From assembly GCF_964213995.1 (NCBI RefSeq), contig NC_135824.1:11346001-11410000 (forward strand): a stretch of DNA of 64,000 bases, read 5' to 3'. How positions within the stretch are numbered: the first letter of the stretch is position 1; each line of letters opens with the position of its first letter. The translations under genes and the position numbers were made by a program. The DNA is from Mustelus asterias (taxonomy: Eukaryota). The notes under the pieces were generated by a model. That model had not been told where the DNA came from. It did no database searches and was given only the letters and a program-made list of their open reading frames with translations. Shown piece by piece: positions 49,706-63,500 of the stretch.

Positions 49706-51104
49706 TAGTTTGGTACAAGCATTGCAGTTCCTGGCAAACTAGATTTGTTTATTATGATTGAACATTGTTCGTATTTGATTAAAAGCTGGAGTTATAGTAC
49801 CAACAATATTGCAAATTTATCCAGATTAATTTGTTCCATAATCCCAAACTTTGAATAATAATGTATTTTTTTCTGTAATTGCAGTTGGATAATTTGGATC
49901 TTAATGCTTTCTTCTGAGTATTTTAATGGCTGACAGGATTTTTAAGAAATTATATTTGCTTCGATAAGAAGCACAGATTAACTGCTTCAAACTCAATTAG
50001 CTCTTAAGATATCCTTTTTTTGTTGGAAGCTAAAGTGAAGGATCTAGTCACATAGTGTCAAACAACATCACAGCTGAAGATTATAGGAAAACATAATCAA
50101 GTGGACAGATATTTTCCTTGTGAATTTTGAACTCACCAATGCTAGGGTCTCCAGTTCACAGGAACGGTGCACTTCCTATTACACAGACATGTCATGCAAT
50201 GCCATATCAGGTGCAATATAATTAGATGCTGAGTAAAACTTAATTCAACTTGGCAAAACCAAAATAAGTCAATTCTGGCCTCAAAAGAACAGTTGAGGTC
50301 CTTCAAAAGAACAAAGAAAAGTCCAAAAGACGTGCTGGTTAGGTGCATTGGCCGTGCTAAATTCTCCCTCAGTGTACCCGGACAGGCACCGGAGTGTGGC
50401 AAACTAGGGGATTTTCGCAGTAACTTCATTGCAGTGTTAATGTAAGCCTACTTGTGATGAATAAATAAACTTTATTCTCAACATTGTCTGTGTGGAACCG
50501 TCCCACTTTCCACACTCACCATTTTGTGACCTGTCTGAGTGAGATGGCTAAATTGACAAAAATAATGTTCGCCTGACTAGGAACTGAATTAACAATGTCC
50601 AAAGTTATTGCACCTAAGATTTGTACAGCCAGCAGATAAATTTTCATTCTTTCTGCCCATGCTCGATTGAATCCTGTTCCCAGAGAAGAACGCTCAATGA
50701 TGTAAGCTTGTTTTTGAGAACATAAGAACTAGAAGCACGACTAGACCACATGGTCCTTTGAGCCTGATCTGCCATTCAATACAGTCATGGCTGATCTTTA
50801 ACTTTAACTCAACTTTCCTGCCTATCCCCTTTACTCCCTGAGAGAAGCCTGATATTGTAGAGGAGAGGGAATGTTGTAGGTGTGAGGGATTTCTGCAATT
50901 TTGAGGTATGGAATAAAATGAGTTAGGGTTTGAAATGGTGGGATGAGCTCTGAATTTAACTGAGAGTGAATAAAAAATATAGGATCTGACTCTTGGATGG
51001 AACAAGAGAGGAAGGATTGTCAAATTCTCTAGGAAGACAACTAAGATGATTCTGGTCAAATTTCAGAGTGTTGAAGAACAGTGAGGCTCCAGATATTAAA
51101 GAGG

Positions 51105-51365
51105 ATGCTGAGCTACAGTAAGAAATATCTGGCAGTTCCAACTCCTTCTGAACATAACTTTAATGAAGGTGATGAAGAAGACTATTACCTGAAGGATCCA
51201 GAGCTGAGAATCGATGAGTTGCCCCAACCCTTCAGGATGATCGATAAATTAATTGGCTGCATTGTTGACAATGCTTGGGAAAGCATTGAAAGAAGGGAAG
51301 CAGAAAGGGAGGCTGAAAAATTAAAGATCAAACCACCTACTCGTGAATCATCAGAGGAAATTCAG
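51105..51365 (+). CDS. WDR93: WDR93 first coding exon (MLSYSKKYLAVPTPSE...LPQPFRMIDKL...SEEIQ)
   Basis: Acceptor tttcag| before 51067, ATG at 51105, donor CAG|gtagga. Resembles human LEVPPPTEKDW...LPQPYRMINKLV...GEIQ. Confidence 0.9.
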
Positions 51366-51869
51366 GTAGGAGAATGTATTGTAATCCAGCAAATGTCACT
51401 ATTCAATTCTGCATCATTTTATCATGTTTGCTGTAACCAATTGTCTAGGTGTTGTCTGTAGATACATCAAATAACTCATGTAAAAATGCAGAGGGCACAC
51501 ATTCTGTAGTTGATTCATAGAATCAGTATATGCTACAGCACAAGAGAAACTTTGGTTCAACAATTCTACTTCCATTTCTTTCTCCACTTGAGCCACCAAA
51601 CCCCACTCCACTTCTGCCTGCTCTCCCTATTTGATCTTTAATATTTGTCTCTCCAACATTTTAAAAAACATTTTCTGAAAGACAATGGTTGTTGCTGGAG
51701 TATATTGCCGTGCACACAAGCAGTCTTACAGTACTTCACCTAGATGTCTGTTGATCATGTGTGAGATAGATATGAGATAGCAATAATTATTGTCAGGGCT
51801 TATTGTGGTCCGGATAAATTGTCAGAATGTGATTTTTTTTGGTGAATTGTCTTTAATATAAATATCAAA

Positions 51870-54560
51870 ATTAGAAGCAGGAGTAGGTCATTCGGCTCTT
51901 CGAGCCTACTCCTCCATTTAATATGATCACGTGGATCTTCTATCTCAATGCCATATTTCCGCACACTCCCCTTACCCCTTGATGCCTTTAGAGTATCGGG
52001 GTCTATTTATTTCTTCTTAAGTATATTCCGTGACTTGGCCACCATAGCCTTCTGTGATAGAGAATTTCACAGGTTCACCACCCTCTGAATAAAGAAGTTT
52101 CTCCTCATCTTAGCCCTAAATGGCCTACTCCCATATCCTGAGACTGTGACCCCTTGTTCTAGAGCCCTCAGCCAGAGGGAATAACATCCCTGCCTCCAGT
52201 CTGTCCAGCCCTTTCAGAATTCTATATGTTTCAATGAGATCCCCTCTCATTCTCCTAAACTGCAGTGAATACATGCCTAATCAACACAATCTCTCATCAA
52301 ACATCAATCCTGCCATCCCAGAATCAGTTTGGTGAACATTTGCTGTATTCCCTCCATGGCAAGTATATCCTTTCTTAGGTAAGGAGACCGAAACTGTACA
52401 AAGTATTCCAAGTGTTGTCTCATGAAGGCCCTGCACAGCTGCAGTAAGACACCCTTATTCCTATACTCAAGTCCTGATACAATGAAGGCCAACATACCAT
52501 TCATTTGCCTTCTTAATGGCTTGCTGTATCTGCATGCTTGACTTCAGTGACTGGTGTACAAGGATACCCATGTCCCTTTGTAAGTCAACACTTCCAAATC
52601 TATCACCATATAAATAATACTCTGCCATTCTGTTTTTCCTAACGAAGTAGATAACTTCACATTTATCCACATCATACTGCTTCTGCCATGTATTTGCCTC
52701 ACTCACTCAACTTGTCCTAATCACCTTAAAGCCTCTTAACATCTGTTAGATAGTGGCAGTTCAGGCATCATCAAGAGAATTCAGACTTTGTTAGGAACAA
52801 AAGGTATTTATTACTAAAGAGAAACTATGTAGAGGGGTTTGCAGCCCTAAACTGCCTTGGAGCAGCAGCCCCTGGCTGCTCCAGTCCTTTTCCTGATGAA
52901 TCTTGACACTTCTGAGGTGATCACTCACTCTCAGTTCCCTTTGATTAGATTTGATTTATTATTGTCACATGTATTACCGTACAGTGAAAAGTATTGTCTC
53001 TTGCGTGCTATACAGACAAAGCATACTGTTCATAGAGAAAGAAAGGAGAGAGTGCAGAATGTAGTGTTACGGTCATAGCTAGGGTGTAGAGAAAGATCAA
53101 CTTAATGCAAGGTAGGTCCATTCAAAAGTCTGATGGCAGCAGGGAAGAAGCTGTTCTTGAGTCGGTTGGTACGTAACCTCAGACTTTTGTATCTTTTTCC
53201 CGATGGAAGAAAGTGGAAGAAAGAATGCCCAGGGTGCGTGGGGTCCTTAATTATGCCGGCTGCTTTGCCGAGGCAGCGGGAAGTGTAGACAAAGTCAATG
53301 GATGGGAGGCTGGTTTACGTGAAGGATTGGGCTACATTCATGACCTTTTGTAGTTCCTTGCAGTCGTGGGCAGAACAGAGGCCATACCAAGCTGTGATAC
53401 AACCAGAAATAATGCTTTCCCTCAAGCCAGGTGACCCTCTTCTGCTGTGCTGTCTTAAAGAGACAGACCCCATAATCACTACAACATCCTTCCCACCACT
53501 CACACCTGTTTCATCAGGTAACTTAGAAATATTACATTTTAGTTCCCATACCCAAATTATTATTTTATATTATGAATAGCTGGGCCCCAAGCCCTGATGC
53601 CTATTGGACTCCACTAGGCACTGCCTGCCAATTCAAAAAAACAATTTTTCCTACTCTGTTTCCCGACTGCTAACCAATTCTCAATCCATGCCAATATATC
53701 ACCCCAATCCAATTTGCATTAATTTTGCATACTAATCTCTTCTGTGTGACTTTATCAAAAGTTTATGAAAATCCAAATACACTACATCCATTGGCTCTCC
53801 CTTATCTATTCTGCTAGTTACGTCCTCATAAAACTCTAGTAGGTTTGGCAAACATGATTTCCCTTTCATTAATCCCTGTTGACTTTGTCTAATCCCTTTG
53901 ATATTTTCTGTGTGTCCTGTTATCACATCCTTTAAAATAGAGTCCAGCATTTTCCCTACGCCTGATGTTTGGCAAACTGATCAGTAATTCTCTGTTTTCT
54001 TCCTCCCTCCTTTTTAAATAGTGGGACTACTGTTGCTATCCTCCAAATGCCGCAACCATTCCAGAATCTACAGATTCTTGGAAGATGACAAGCAATGCCT
54101 CCACTATTTCCATGACCACTTTCTTTAGTACCCTGAGATGTAGATTATCAGGCCTTGGGAATTTATCAGCTTTCAGTCCCATTAATATCTCCAGCGCTAT
54201 TTTTTTTTGGTAATAATTTTCTTCAATTCCACCATCCCACTAGACCCTTGGTTCCCTAGCATTTCTGGGAAGTTATTTGTGTCTTCCACCATAAACAAAG
54301 TAATTGTTTAATTGCTGTGCCATTTCCTTGTTCCCTGTTATAAATTCTCCCATTTTGAATGTAAGAGATCTATATTTGTCCTCACTAATCTTTTTTCTTT
54401 TACATACTTTTGCAGTCCGCTTTTATGCTACTTGCAAGCTTACTCTCGCACTATTTTTCCCCTCTGAATCAATTTCTTGATCCTCTTTTGCTGAATTCTG
54501 AACTGTTTCCAATCCTCAGTCTTGCTACTTTTTCTAACAACTTTAGATCAAATACTATCC
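51870..54560 (-). mobile_element. CR1 LINE fragment (interrupted by a solo LTR)
   Basis: Minus-strand remnants KGKSCLPNLLEFYEDVT..D.VYLDF, DKCEVIYF and HLEYFVQFRSPYLRKD. Confidence 0.88.
52744..53483 (-). mobile_element. Solo LTR (interrupted by a Rex1 fragment at about 52943-53420) nested in a CR1 LINE
   Basis: TG...CA ends and exact 5-bp TSD acatc at 52739 and 53484. Confidence 0.7.
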
Positions 54561-54750
54561 TTGATTTCTTTTGTTTCAATTCATCAATGTGAAGTGATGT
54601 CATTGCTGGAGAGCAGGGAAGATTGGAGTTCATTCAGTAACTTTGAATCCTGCTGAGTAAACTTTCCAGTAATTAAAATATATTTGGCCAGAAAGGTAAT
54701 CAGTTCTGGTTTTGGCAATCTGATTTCTATCTCCTTTACGTTTTGAACAG

Positions 54751-54952
54751 GTTCCTGGCACTTTAAACTGTTTTGCAAATTCTGTGCATGGAAATTATAT
54801 CTTTGCTGGAATATCTGAAGGTGTAGCTGTTCTGAATATGGAGGATCATACTGTTAAATCTGTTTGGAATATGGAAGGTATCGAGATTGCTGCCCTTCAA
54901 GTCAGACACGTTGGAGGCCAGCTTTATCTGCTCGCTGCCCTGGATGACATGG
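54751..54952 (+). CDS. WDR93: WDR93 coding exon 2 (VPGTLNCFANSVHGNYIFAG...AALDDM)
   Basis: 202 nt, acceptor ttttgaacag|G, donor G|gtattt. Open frame resembling human ...DYVFIGG...APVDEM. Confidence 0.9.
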
Positions 54953-55960
54953 GTATTTACTTGAAAATACTTATTGTTTAAAAGTTGATTCTCCTAAATT
55001 TCTCCCATCCTCTTGACAAAGACTCTAATTTCTGGGAGGAGGCGGGAGGAGTTTTGAATCCATTGTCATTCTTAACATACAAGTTCATTCAGTAAATATA
55101 CATCAGCAGGCTATCTGCTTGTGGCTTTTTCAAAACTTCACTAAGGCAAGGGTTCAGCACTGTTTGAGTGAAAAAAATGTCTAATTGATAACCCCTATGC
55201 CTTGTTACTCTGACAAGATGAGACAGGGGATCTGCTCACCTCTTCTCATGAGACGTGGTGCACCAATCCTGCACTCTTGGAATGGAAAATTACATTGCTA
55301 GGGATACCTGATTACTCTTCTTGAACTATTGTGCCATTCTTGGACCACTTGCTGCAATAGATCATCCTTGTGCGTTTGCATTCCAAACCGCTAACAAAGT
55401 TTGTTGAGGCTCCAGCGGCCTCAGCGAACCAGTCCAAGCTGATGCATTCCATTCTGCTGTTTGCTCGACACCCCCCCATAAATATAGTGATTTCAGCAGA
55501 ATGTGGGACCCCAATCAAAGATCCCAAGTTTTACTACTAAAGTAGCAATAAGGAAAAAGGTGGAACCATCTAGTAATAATATTTTTTTAATTCATCATGG
55601 GATATGGGCAAACCCAGCATGCATTGTCCATACACTTAGGAAAGTGTTGGGCTGCCTACATGAAGTCCATGTGACCCACAGTGCTGTTATGGTGGTAGCC
55701 CAGAATTTTGATCCTGTCACAGTAATAAGGATGGAATATTTTGAATGAAAATATATATTTTTATGACCTATCCTTTTTCTCTGCCAGATACTGTTTACCT
55801 GTTGCACATTACCAGTATTTTCTGTTTTTATTGCAGATTTAAAGCGCTCAGTTTTTCCTCATACACATGTATCGGTTATGCATTATTATAGACCCACTGT
55901 ACAAATCCTTTTCTCTTCACTCATGGGTTCATATGTATTTTCTCTCCTTTTGTGTTTTAG

Positions 55961-56025
55961 GTGTTGCTCGTCTTCTTTTTTCTTACTCGGACGTCTTTTC
56001 TTTGATAAAAGTTTTCAATGCATTC
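55961..56025 (+). CDS. WDR93: WDR93 coding exon 3 (GVARLLFSYSDVFSLIKVFNAF)
   Basis: 65 nt, acceptor tgttttag|GT, donor TTC|gtaagt. Phase 1 to 0 fits; resembles [22 protein letters not shown]. Confidence 0.88.
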
Positions 56026-57547
56026 GTAAGTCACCTTCTATCGTGTAAATTATGGAATTGTAATAGAAAACATATTTTTTAATAAATCACAGAGATCAGG
56101 AAAGTACCATCTTTGGTGCTGTTGTGTACAGAGTCAGCTGAATCCAGCTCAGGCAGTACACGTTTGGCCTCAGCAACCTTGTCTTAGGAGTCTTAGGAGG
56201 TATAATCCTGTGACCCTTTTTGGAAGTATATATCCATGTGCCTGCGACCAATTGTAATATCCTTCCCTACTCAGCGTAAAATAACAATGCACCTTTAGAA
56301 CTACACCATGGGAAGGTATCAAAACCTTCAGGAGAAGGAAAATTGGTAGAATAAAGGAGGAAAATAATTTCATGCCAATAGTTGGTGTTCTGCGGTGGGT
56401 TAATTATGAATGTTGATTTAGCTCAAATGGACATGATTCTCATCTGTAAACATTCCACCTCAAACCATATGTCATATTGGGTGTTAGTTTGGATTGCCAG
56501 GTGTGGAGGAGTTTGTTTTGGTGACAGGCTACTTAAGTCACATTGGTGTGATGGAATGGAGAGAGCTTTATCTTGGGATCTTTATTAACTCTTTCCACGG
56601 GCAGGTGGGTGGTTAAAATTAACCAAGTTACTTTGCCCCTTTAATCATTTTAACCTGTAACATTCTGCAAGAGGGTGAGATGCTCGCCAGAAACAGGCAG
56701 AAGTCTGAGGAATTTTTGAAAATTGGGATTTTGTCATGTCAAGAGCACCTGAACTGCATTTTAATTTGGGTTTGGGCATGGAAATGACATTGACTTTCTT
56801 GCCAGATAGTTTCTGGTCTGCTGATAAAAGAAATCTTCCAAGTCAGATTGCCAAGCGTCCCAGATTGACCCGGAACTAAAGATTAATTTCTTGGGCAATT
56901 ACTCAGAGGCCGGGAGAAAAGCCATAGGGACATTTTTCTTCTAACCAAACTTTTAACAAGTAGCAAGGCTTCATGTGCTCATAATGCAATCTGGTCCTTG
57001 TACCTGGGTGCTCAAACCAGTAAACACATGCATTGCAAGAGATTGCTGATAATGCCTTTGCCATTACCAACCAATTACCACACAAATTGATGTGCCAGGT
57101 GACAAATGGTGGGAGCATTGTGTCAGGGTGCTTGGAGGCAGGAACACATGTGATGAAAGTTTCCAGAATATGCTCCAACCAGAGTTGGAAACCTCACCAC
57201 CAATGTAATTTTAAAGCTGTGGGCTCCTATAAAGAAAGGGCACACTCCCCTGAACTATCCAAAATAATAGCCTCTCTTCCCCAGTATTCAGTTAACAAAT
57301 CTTCAATGGCATAAAGCATTCAACAAAATAAAACTATCATACTACTACATGTGCATTGGATTGAATATTTGAGGGTAACAATCTAGTTAAACAACCTAAA
57401 ATCTAATTTTTGTAATGGACTTGCTACCTGATATTTTGTTATTGCTTAAATATTTTAATGTAATGAAACTCGTATCAAACAAACCTGAAAATGGTAAATC
57501 TTTATGCTGTTTTCATGAAACAAAATAGATTTTTATCTTTCTTTTAG

Positions 57548-57626
57548 GACAATGTGACTGAAAAGATTATTTGTAGTAAATTTGAGTTATCAGAAGGTGG
57601 AGATTATGCTGGTCTAATGCTTGAAG
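57548..57626 (+). CDS. WDR93: WDR93 coding exon 4 (DNVTEKIICSKFELSEGGDYAGLMLE)
   Basis: 79 nt, acceptor cttttag|GAC, donor G|gtaaac. Resembles human CIKMEISQGGDFAAFLLQ; gene continues beyond the window. Confidence 0.9.
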
Positions 57627-58909
57627 GTAAACCATTCTCTCAATTCTTGATTATTCCTCAGTGTTCATGTATTACTTTGTCCGATTATTCAACACATTTC
57701 TCTTGGGTGCGTGCTTGACAATAGAGACAACACTTCAAAATAATTAATTAATTTGTTGCATTTTAGGTATCTTCAGAAACTTAATGGGGGTGTTTTTCCC
57801 GAAATAATTCTAAGTGCCCAACGGGCGGGAAAACAGGAGGTTTTCCTGCTGGATTTTTGGGCAAGCTGAGTTTTAATAATTTACGGCACTCTGTGAGGCA
57901 GTCAGATGATTCACGTACCCCCGATCTCCCGGGGGGGGCTTCAATGGCAAGCGGGAATATCGCGCCCAACATCTATACAAATGCGAGTTCATTCTTTCTT
58001 TCTGTACTTTGTACCTCAGCAAAAAAAAGGGGCACAATCTTAAAACTAGAAGCTTAGGGATTTAGGAGTGAAATCAGGAAGCATGTTTTCCCTCAAAATG
58101 GAGTGGAAATCTGGAGCTTTCTTCCCCAAAAAAGCTCAGAATGCTAGGAATATTCAAAACTGGAATGGATAGATTTTTATTGTAAAGGCAACAAAGGATA
58201 TGGATCAAAGGCGGATGAGTGGAATTGAGGTACAGATCAGCTATATGTAATTGAATGGTGGAAAAGCTCAAGGGGTTGATCAGCTTAGCCCTGTTTCTGT
58301 TTAACATACTTGTGTTGCCCATTTCCGCACATTTTGAAGAGAACCATTTCCTTCTTTCTGGCTGCAGTTGAATATGATTGAGACAAACTTAAGAACACTT
58401 AAGGGCGGCACGATGGCACAGCGATGAGCACTGTTGCCTCACAGCGCCAGGGACCCGGGTTCAATTCCAGCCTCGGGTCACTCTCTGTGTGGAGTTTGCA
58501 TGTTCTCCCCGTATCTGTGTGGGTTTCCTCCGGGTGCTCCGGTTTCCTCCCACAGTTCAAAGATGTGCATGTTAGGCTAATTGGCCATGCTAAATTGCCC
58601 CTTAGTGTCAGACTAAATATGTGAGGTTACGGGAATAGGGTCTGGGAGGGATTGTTATTGGTGCAGACACGATGGGCCGAATGGCCTCTTTCTGCACTGT
58701 AGGGATTCTATGATTCTATGAAGAGCCAAAGTCAAGGATGGGCTATTTGACCACATAATTCCACCCACTCGCGCTAACTACCATACTACTGTGTTTTGAG
58801 CTCCCTTAGTATCTGTCTGTGCCCCTCAGTCTGGCAAACTATTTCAAACGTTCATTTGTGGAAAAAAATCGTATGGTATTCAATCTAAATACATTTTTTC
58901 ACCATTTTA

Positions 58910-59430
58910 TATGAGATATGATGTTATTAAACCAGAAAGAGTGCAGAAAAGATTTACTCGGATGCGACTGGGACTTGATGGTTTGAGTTATAAGGGGAGG
59001 CTGGATAGACTGGGACTTTTTTCTCTGGAGCGTAGAAGGCTGAGGGGTGATCTTATAGAGGTCTATAAAATAATGAGGGGCTCAGATCAGTTGGATAGTC
59101 AATATCTTTTCCCAAAGGTAGGGGAGTCTAAAACTAGAGGGCATAGGTTTAAGGTGAGAGGGGAGAGATACAAAAGTGTCCAGAGGGGCAATTTTTTCAC
59201 ACAGAGGGTGGTGAGTGTCTGGAACAAGCTGCCAGAGGTAGTAGTAGAGGCGGGTACAATTTTGTCATTTAAAAAGCATTTAGACAGTTACATGCGTAAA
59301 TGGGTATAGAGGGATATGGGCCAAATGCGGGCAATTGGGATTAGCTCAGGGGTTTTAATAAAAAGGGCAGCATGGACAAGTTGGGCCGAAGGGCCTTTTT
59401 CCATGCTGTAAACCTCTATGACTCTATGAC
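58910..59430 (+). mobile_element. CR1 LINE 3' fragment
   Basis: ORF 58911..59309 (ERVQKRFTRM...LFSLERRRLRGDLIEVYKIM...FFTQRVVSVWNKLP); tail ctctatgactctatgac. Confidence 0.92.
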
Positions 59431-60380
59431 TATTCCTCTCCAGTGGCATCCTCGATTATTTGAGTACTACTAAAGTGTGGCTTATGCTATGATTTTGCTA
59501 TTAGTTAGGGCAAGGACATGGGCCTCAGGTCCACCTCAGCCAGAGTGGGGTTTGAACCCTGTGCTTTTGGCATTAATCTGAACCACATATTGTCTAGTCA
59601 GCTGAGCTACCTACCCCTGCTCCTTTGATCCTGTTATCCTAATTTATTTTAAATAATTAGGATAATTCAGGGCCCTATCAAAATTAGTTAATATTTTATC
59701 TATTTCAGTGAACTTTGGTAGTGTTAGAGAATGAATTATCATTATAACTCATTCCATCGTGCCTTACATGGAGGATCATTCTTTTCTGTTGCTCTTTTCT
59801 GCACCTAATCCCCCAACCCTGTCTGAACCAAGTTACCAAATTAACATTTGTCAAATTTCCATAACAATATTCAAACAATCATTTAGCTCACTTTTCCAGA
59901 TAAAGCATGGGCAATTTCATTAACATTTCTTTATGATGTAAATTCTTTATTTTATTCTGTCCCTTCTCAAAGGCAATAGCATTTCACCTATGAACACACT
60001 GCAGTTCAGACTAAATTTTGCCTACACGGAAGCTATTCTGAAAATTCCAGTTGATGGGGATGATTTTCAGCCCATGTTCCCCGTCAGAGAGAACAGCGAC
60101 GCAGGCTGAAAATCTGCAGAGAATCGGGAAATGGGGATAATCATGTTCTGCAATTAACCCCAGTCTTTGCCGGTGGCGTAGCAAGATTCATTCATGCACA
60201 CAAAGGGCAAGAACCTCATTTGAATGGAATTTTAAATATATTTTAATATTATTAACCACCCCCCACGTCAACGAGGTCTATAATAGCTTCACCCAAATGT
60301 GAGCCTGTTGTAGGATTCGGCCCCCCCACCCCCACCCCCCGGGGGGTGCAAAGTTGAGTATAGTCCCTGGGGGAGAGGGA

Positions 60381-60526
60381 CATGATGTGGAGATGCCGGC
60401 GTTGGACTGGGGTAAACGCAGTAAGAGTTTTAACAACACCAGGTTAAAGCCCAACAGGTTTATTTGGTAGCAAATGCCATTAGCTTTCGGAGTGCTGCTC
60501 CTTCATCAGATGGAGTGGATACCTGC
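60381..60526 (-). mobile_element. Penelope-like pLTR fragment
   Basis: Same family on the minus strand; short duplication gacatg on the flanks; intact hammerhead core. Confidence 0.75.
60477..60513 (-). ncRNA. Minimal type I hammerhead ribozyme motif in a Penelope-like insert (intact core)
   Basis: Minus strand reads CCAU-CUGAUGA-A-GGAG cagca CUCC-GAAA-GC-UA-AUGG: stem I CCAU/AUGG, stem II, GAAA, palindromic mini stem III, CUA cleavage triplet. Confidence 0.75.
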
Positions 60527-63500
60527 GACATGTCCAGGCACTGCTTCCTGACACAGTTTGGCACTGTCTGGTTGGCACTGAGATCTTGGTCTGATCGGGG
60601 AGCCCTTTAAAAAAGGCACTCCAATCTCAGTGCAGCTGGGCTTTGCCCACATGTTTAGACCCTGCCCCTCAACATGACGACGTGAAATGCGCCCCCTGTG
60701 CTTCTCTTGACAAAAGATCTGGAGAGAAAACTAGCCCGTTTCTCTGGAGAGAAATACACCAGTTTTCAGTCAGATCCTGACACTTATTTTTTGGTAAGAT
60801 TTCACCCTATATTTTTTTCAATGAACTCTGAACTGAAGGTCTGGTTATTCAGTTTTGATGTGAGTGATAGAAATCATCAATAAATCCAGTTCAGTGTGCC
60901 TGTCATCAGCAACATTAAAACTATAATGTCCTCAACATCATTGCTGTCAGAGAACACATTGAAAATCTTGAGCATATCTTTAATATTCTGCAAAATGTAT
61001 TTTCTTTTCTGTACATTCTCATCAATTGTGCCATGAAATGAGATGGTAATTCTGACCAGTGTAGCATATGCTTCTCTGAGCACCTGGGATTGATAACTGT
61101 ATAAATAACTACACTGAGACGTGTTCCAATCACTCGGCTTGAACTTCTGTTCATTTTTTACATCTTGATTTCCAGTAAGTGATTGTATTACTGATTCGAG
61201 GATTGGATTGTCAACATTAACCCATCAATCGCTCTCTTGCAACATGGGTGGGGAGAGCGGTGGGGGAATCTTGCCAAAAAATGGCAGAGAGTTGTTTCCA
61301 GCGAGAAAACTGACATGTTTCTCTTGAAATCTTACGTCATGTTGCCTAAAAGATAATCAAGGGGGCATGTTTCACGCTGTCATGCGGGGGTCGGAGGGTC
61401 GGAGGGGGGGGCTCAACACCCACCCGCTCCCACAGTCAGAGCCAGCAGCCCACCCCCCGGCCCCCACCTCAACCAATGGCCATCAGCGACATCCCCAGCT
61501 CCACCGTCCGCTCCTGGTCACCACCACATACAAACGAATCCCCCCCCAACCCCAAAAGGTTCCTTCGAGGTCCCAACCCTTGGCACAGGTTAGCACTGCC
61601 AGATTGGCACTGCCAGGGGGGCATTGCCAGGCCACTGCCTGGCTATGTTCCTCTCTCCCAGGGGCTATACTCATCTTTATGCCCCCAGTGAGACCACCAT
61701 TACAGGTTCACATCTAGGTGAACTTGTTGTAAACATCATGTCGGTCCGGTATCAATGTGGTGGGGCGGGGGGGGGGCGGTGGCGGCTGGTGGTATGTCAA
61801 TGTATGGCGAGGGGGAGGGTTAATGAGATTCAAATGCATTGAAATTCATGTAAAGCAGGTTCACGCAATCTCATCGGCGAGGTCTGCGATTTCCGGATCT
61901 TGAGCTCCCGCCGGCATCGCACGGACGATGAGAATGGGCTCAAGACCGCCCCCATTGTCTTTGTGATTAGATTCACCACAAACATATGGTTGTGAACAGC
62001 ACTCCCTGCTTTTAAACCTCGCCGTCAGGTTTCTGAGCAGGCTGTCTGACAATTTAGAAAATGCTGATGCTCTTTTCCTGAAGTAGAAGTTGCATTTATA
62101 TAGCATCTTTTACATTTCTGCGTGCTTCGTAAGAGGGAAAGGAGGATACAGAGGAAGAGATGGGAAGGATTTAAGGTAAACGAGAATGGAAGACACAAGC
62201 AAGGAGATAGATTTCAAGAAAGGAAAGGAAGAGGGAGAACGAAAAGCAAAGGAGAGAAATCAATTTCCAAAGAATAGAAGCAAGATGAGTGATCTTTGAG
62301 GGAGGAGCTGAGGGTGATTAGGGTCAAGTGAATGAATGCCTCTCTGGAAATTATGAGTTATTACAATTTTGAACTTATCAGCAGCAAACCAAACTTAAAT
62401 CATGATCTCACCCTCTTCCCCCTTACCATTCTGTTTAGCCATTACATCTTGATTTGCAATTCACATAACTCGATTTATCAGATCCAGAGAAGATACTGAT
62501 CAGTAGATGAATGCACATGTAGCCTATGGGGAGAGGGGATGTCAGAGCAATTGTATGATAGAGTAGAAATAAGATAGGTGCATTTGCAATAGGGATGGAG
62601 TTGTATTAGGATCATGCCTCAGGTTACAAGCTTTTACCTGAACATAATTTAATGTTGGCATGGGGGTCTCACCTGCCAGCTGGAGAGCTGGCGAGAGCCC
62701 TATGTTTCCTCTTTTCAAGAAAGCCAGCCAAATTAAGTGTCAAGCACAGCCTGAGGGGCCAAATGGTCTACTGCAGCTCCTATATCCCTATATCAATCTA
62801 AGGCTGGCAGCTCTTCATTGACTGGCAGTGCCAGGTGAGAGGTGGTGGCTGCTGCTGGTACTACACCCACTCAAGGCCTAGGATCACATAGGGACCCAGT
62901 GCACAAATTAGTGATGGTGGAAGGGAGTTAACCGAGTCGTGGGGAAAGAGCTGGAGCTGGGTTGCTAGCAAGGGAAGATGGTTGGCTCTCAGCAGGCCTC
63001 CCTCTTCCCAATCCCTTAATCAGGCACTGAGAGCTTTTGAATGAGCAATTCCCAATGGGAGTTTGCAATCAAACCTGATAAGGTTTGATTCTCAGGTTCA
63101 TGTATGGTGAGTCCCCACCCACCCACCAGCGGCAGCAGGATGAGACCCTTAAATGGACATTACTTGCTAATCTAAGTGCCTCAATGGGTGGCAGGGCAGA
63201 ATGGTTGTACATGAATCTTCTTTGTAGTTAATCAGGCCAGAGGCAGGAAAGGCAGCGAGAAGCCCACCAGCCACTAACCCTGCCAAGGAAGAGGGCATTA
63301 AATTCCACCCTAAATGTTTCATCCAGGAATGTAAGAGATGTTTTAGCCTTCGCCTTGACATCGCTTGATGGAGAGTTAGAATTCAACGTCAGCGTGGCCA
63401 ATAGCAGATCAATTTTCATCTTATTGACTTCAATGGAAAAGAATATCAAGCAAGGTATCAATTGGGAGGTGGATCTATTACCACATACCCCCACTGAAGT

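Noticed and set aside
58402-58475. tRNA-like sequence with A and B boxes
   Set aside because: SINE head continuing into the V core; no standalone tRNA gene was found in the window.
1796-58624. Dozens of similar ORFs (WLALLPHSARDPGSIP..., VSTAASQRQGPGF...)
   Set aside because: Translations of V-SINE copies, not a gene family.
61367-61717. GC-rich 116-aa ORF and CpG cluster
   Set aside because: Appears to be the interior of a non-autonomous TIR-element derivative (related sequence at 60060-60780); no protein motifs.
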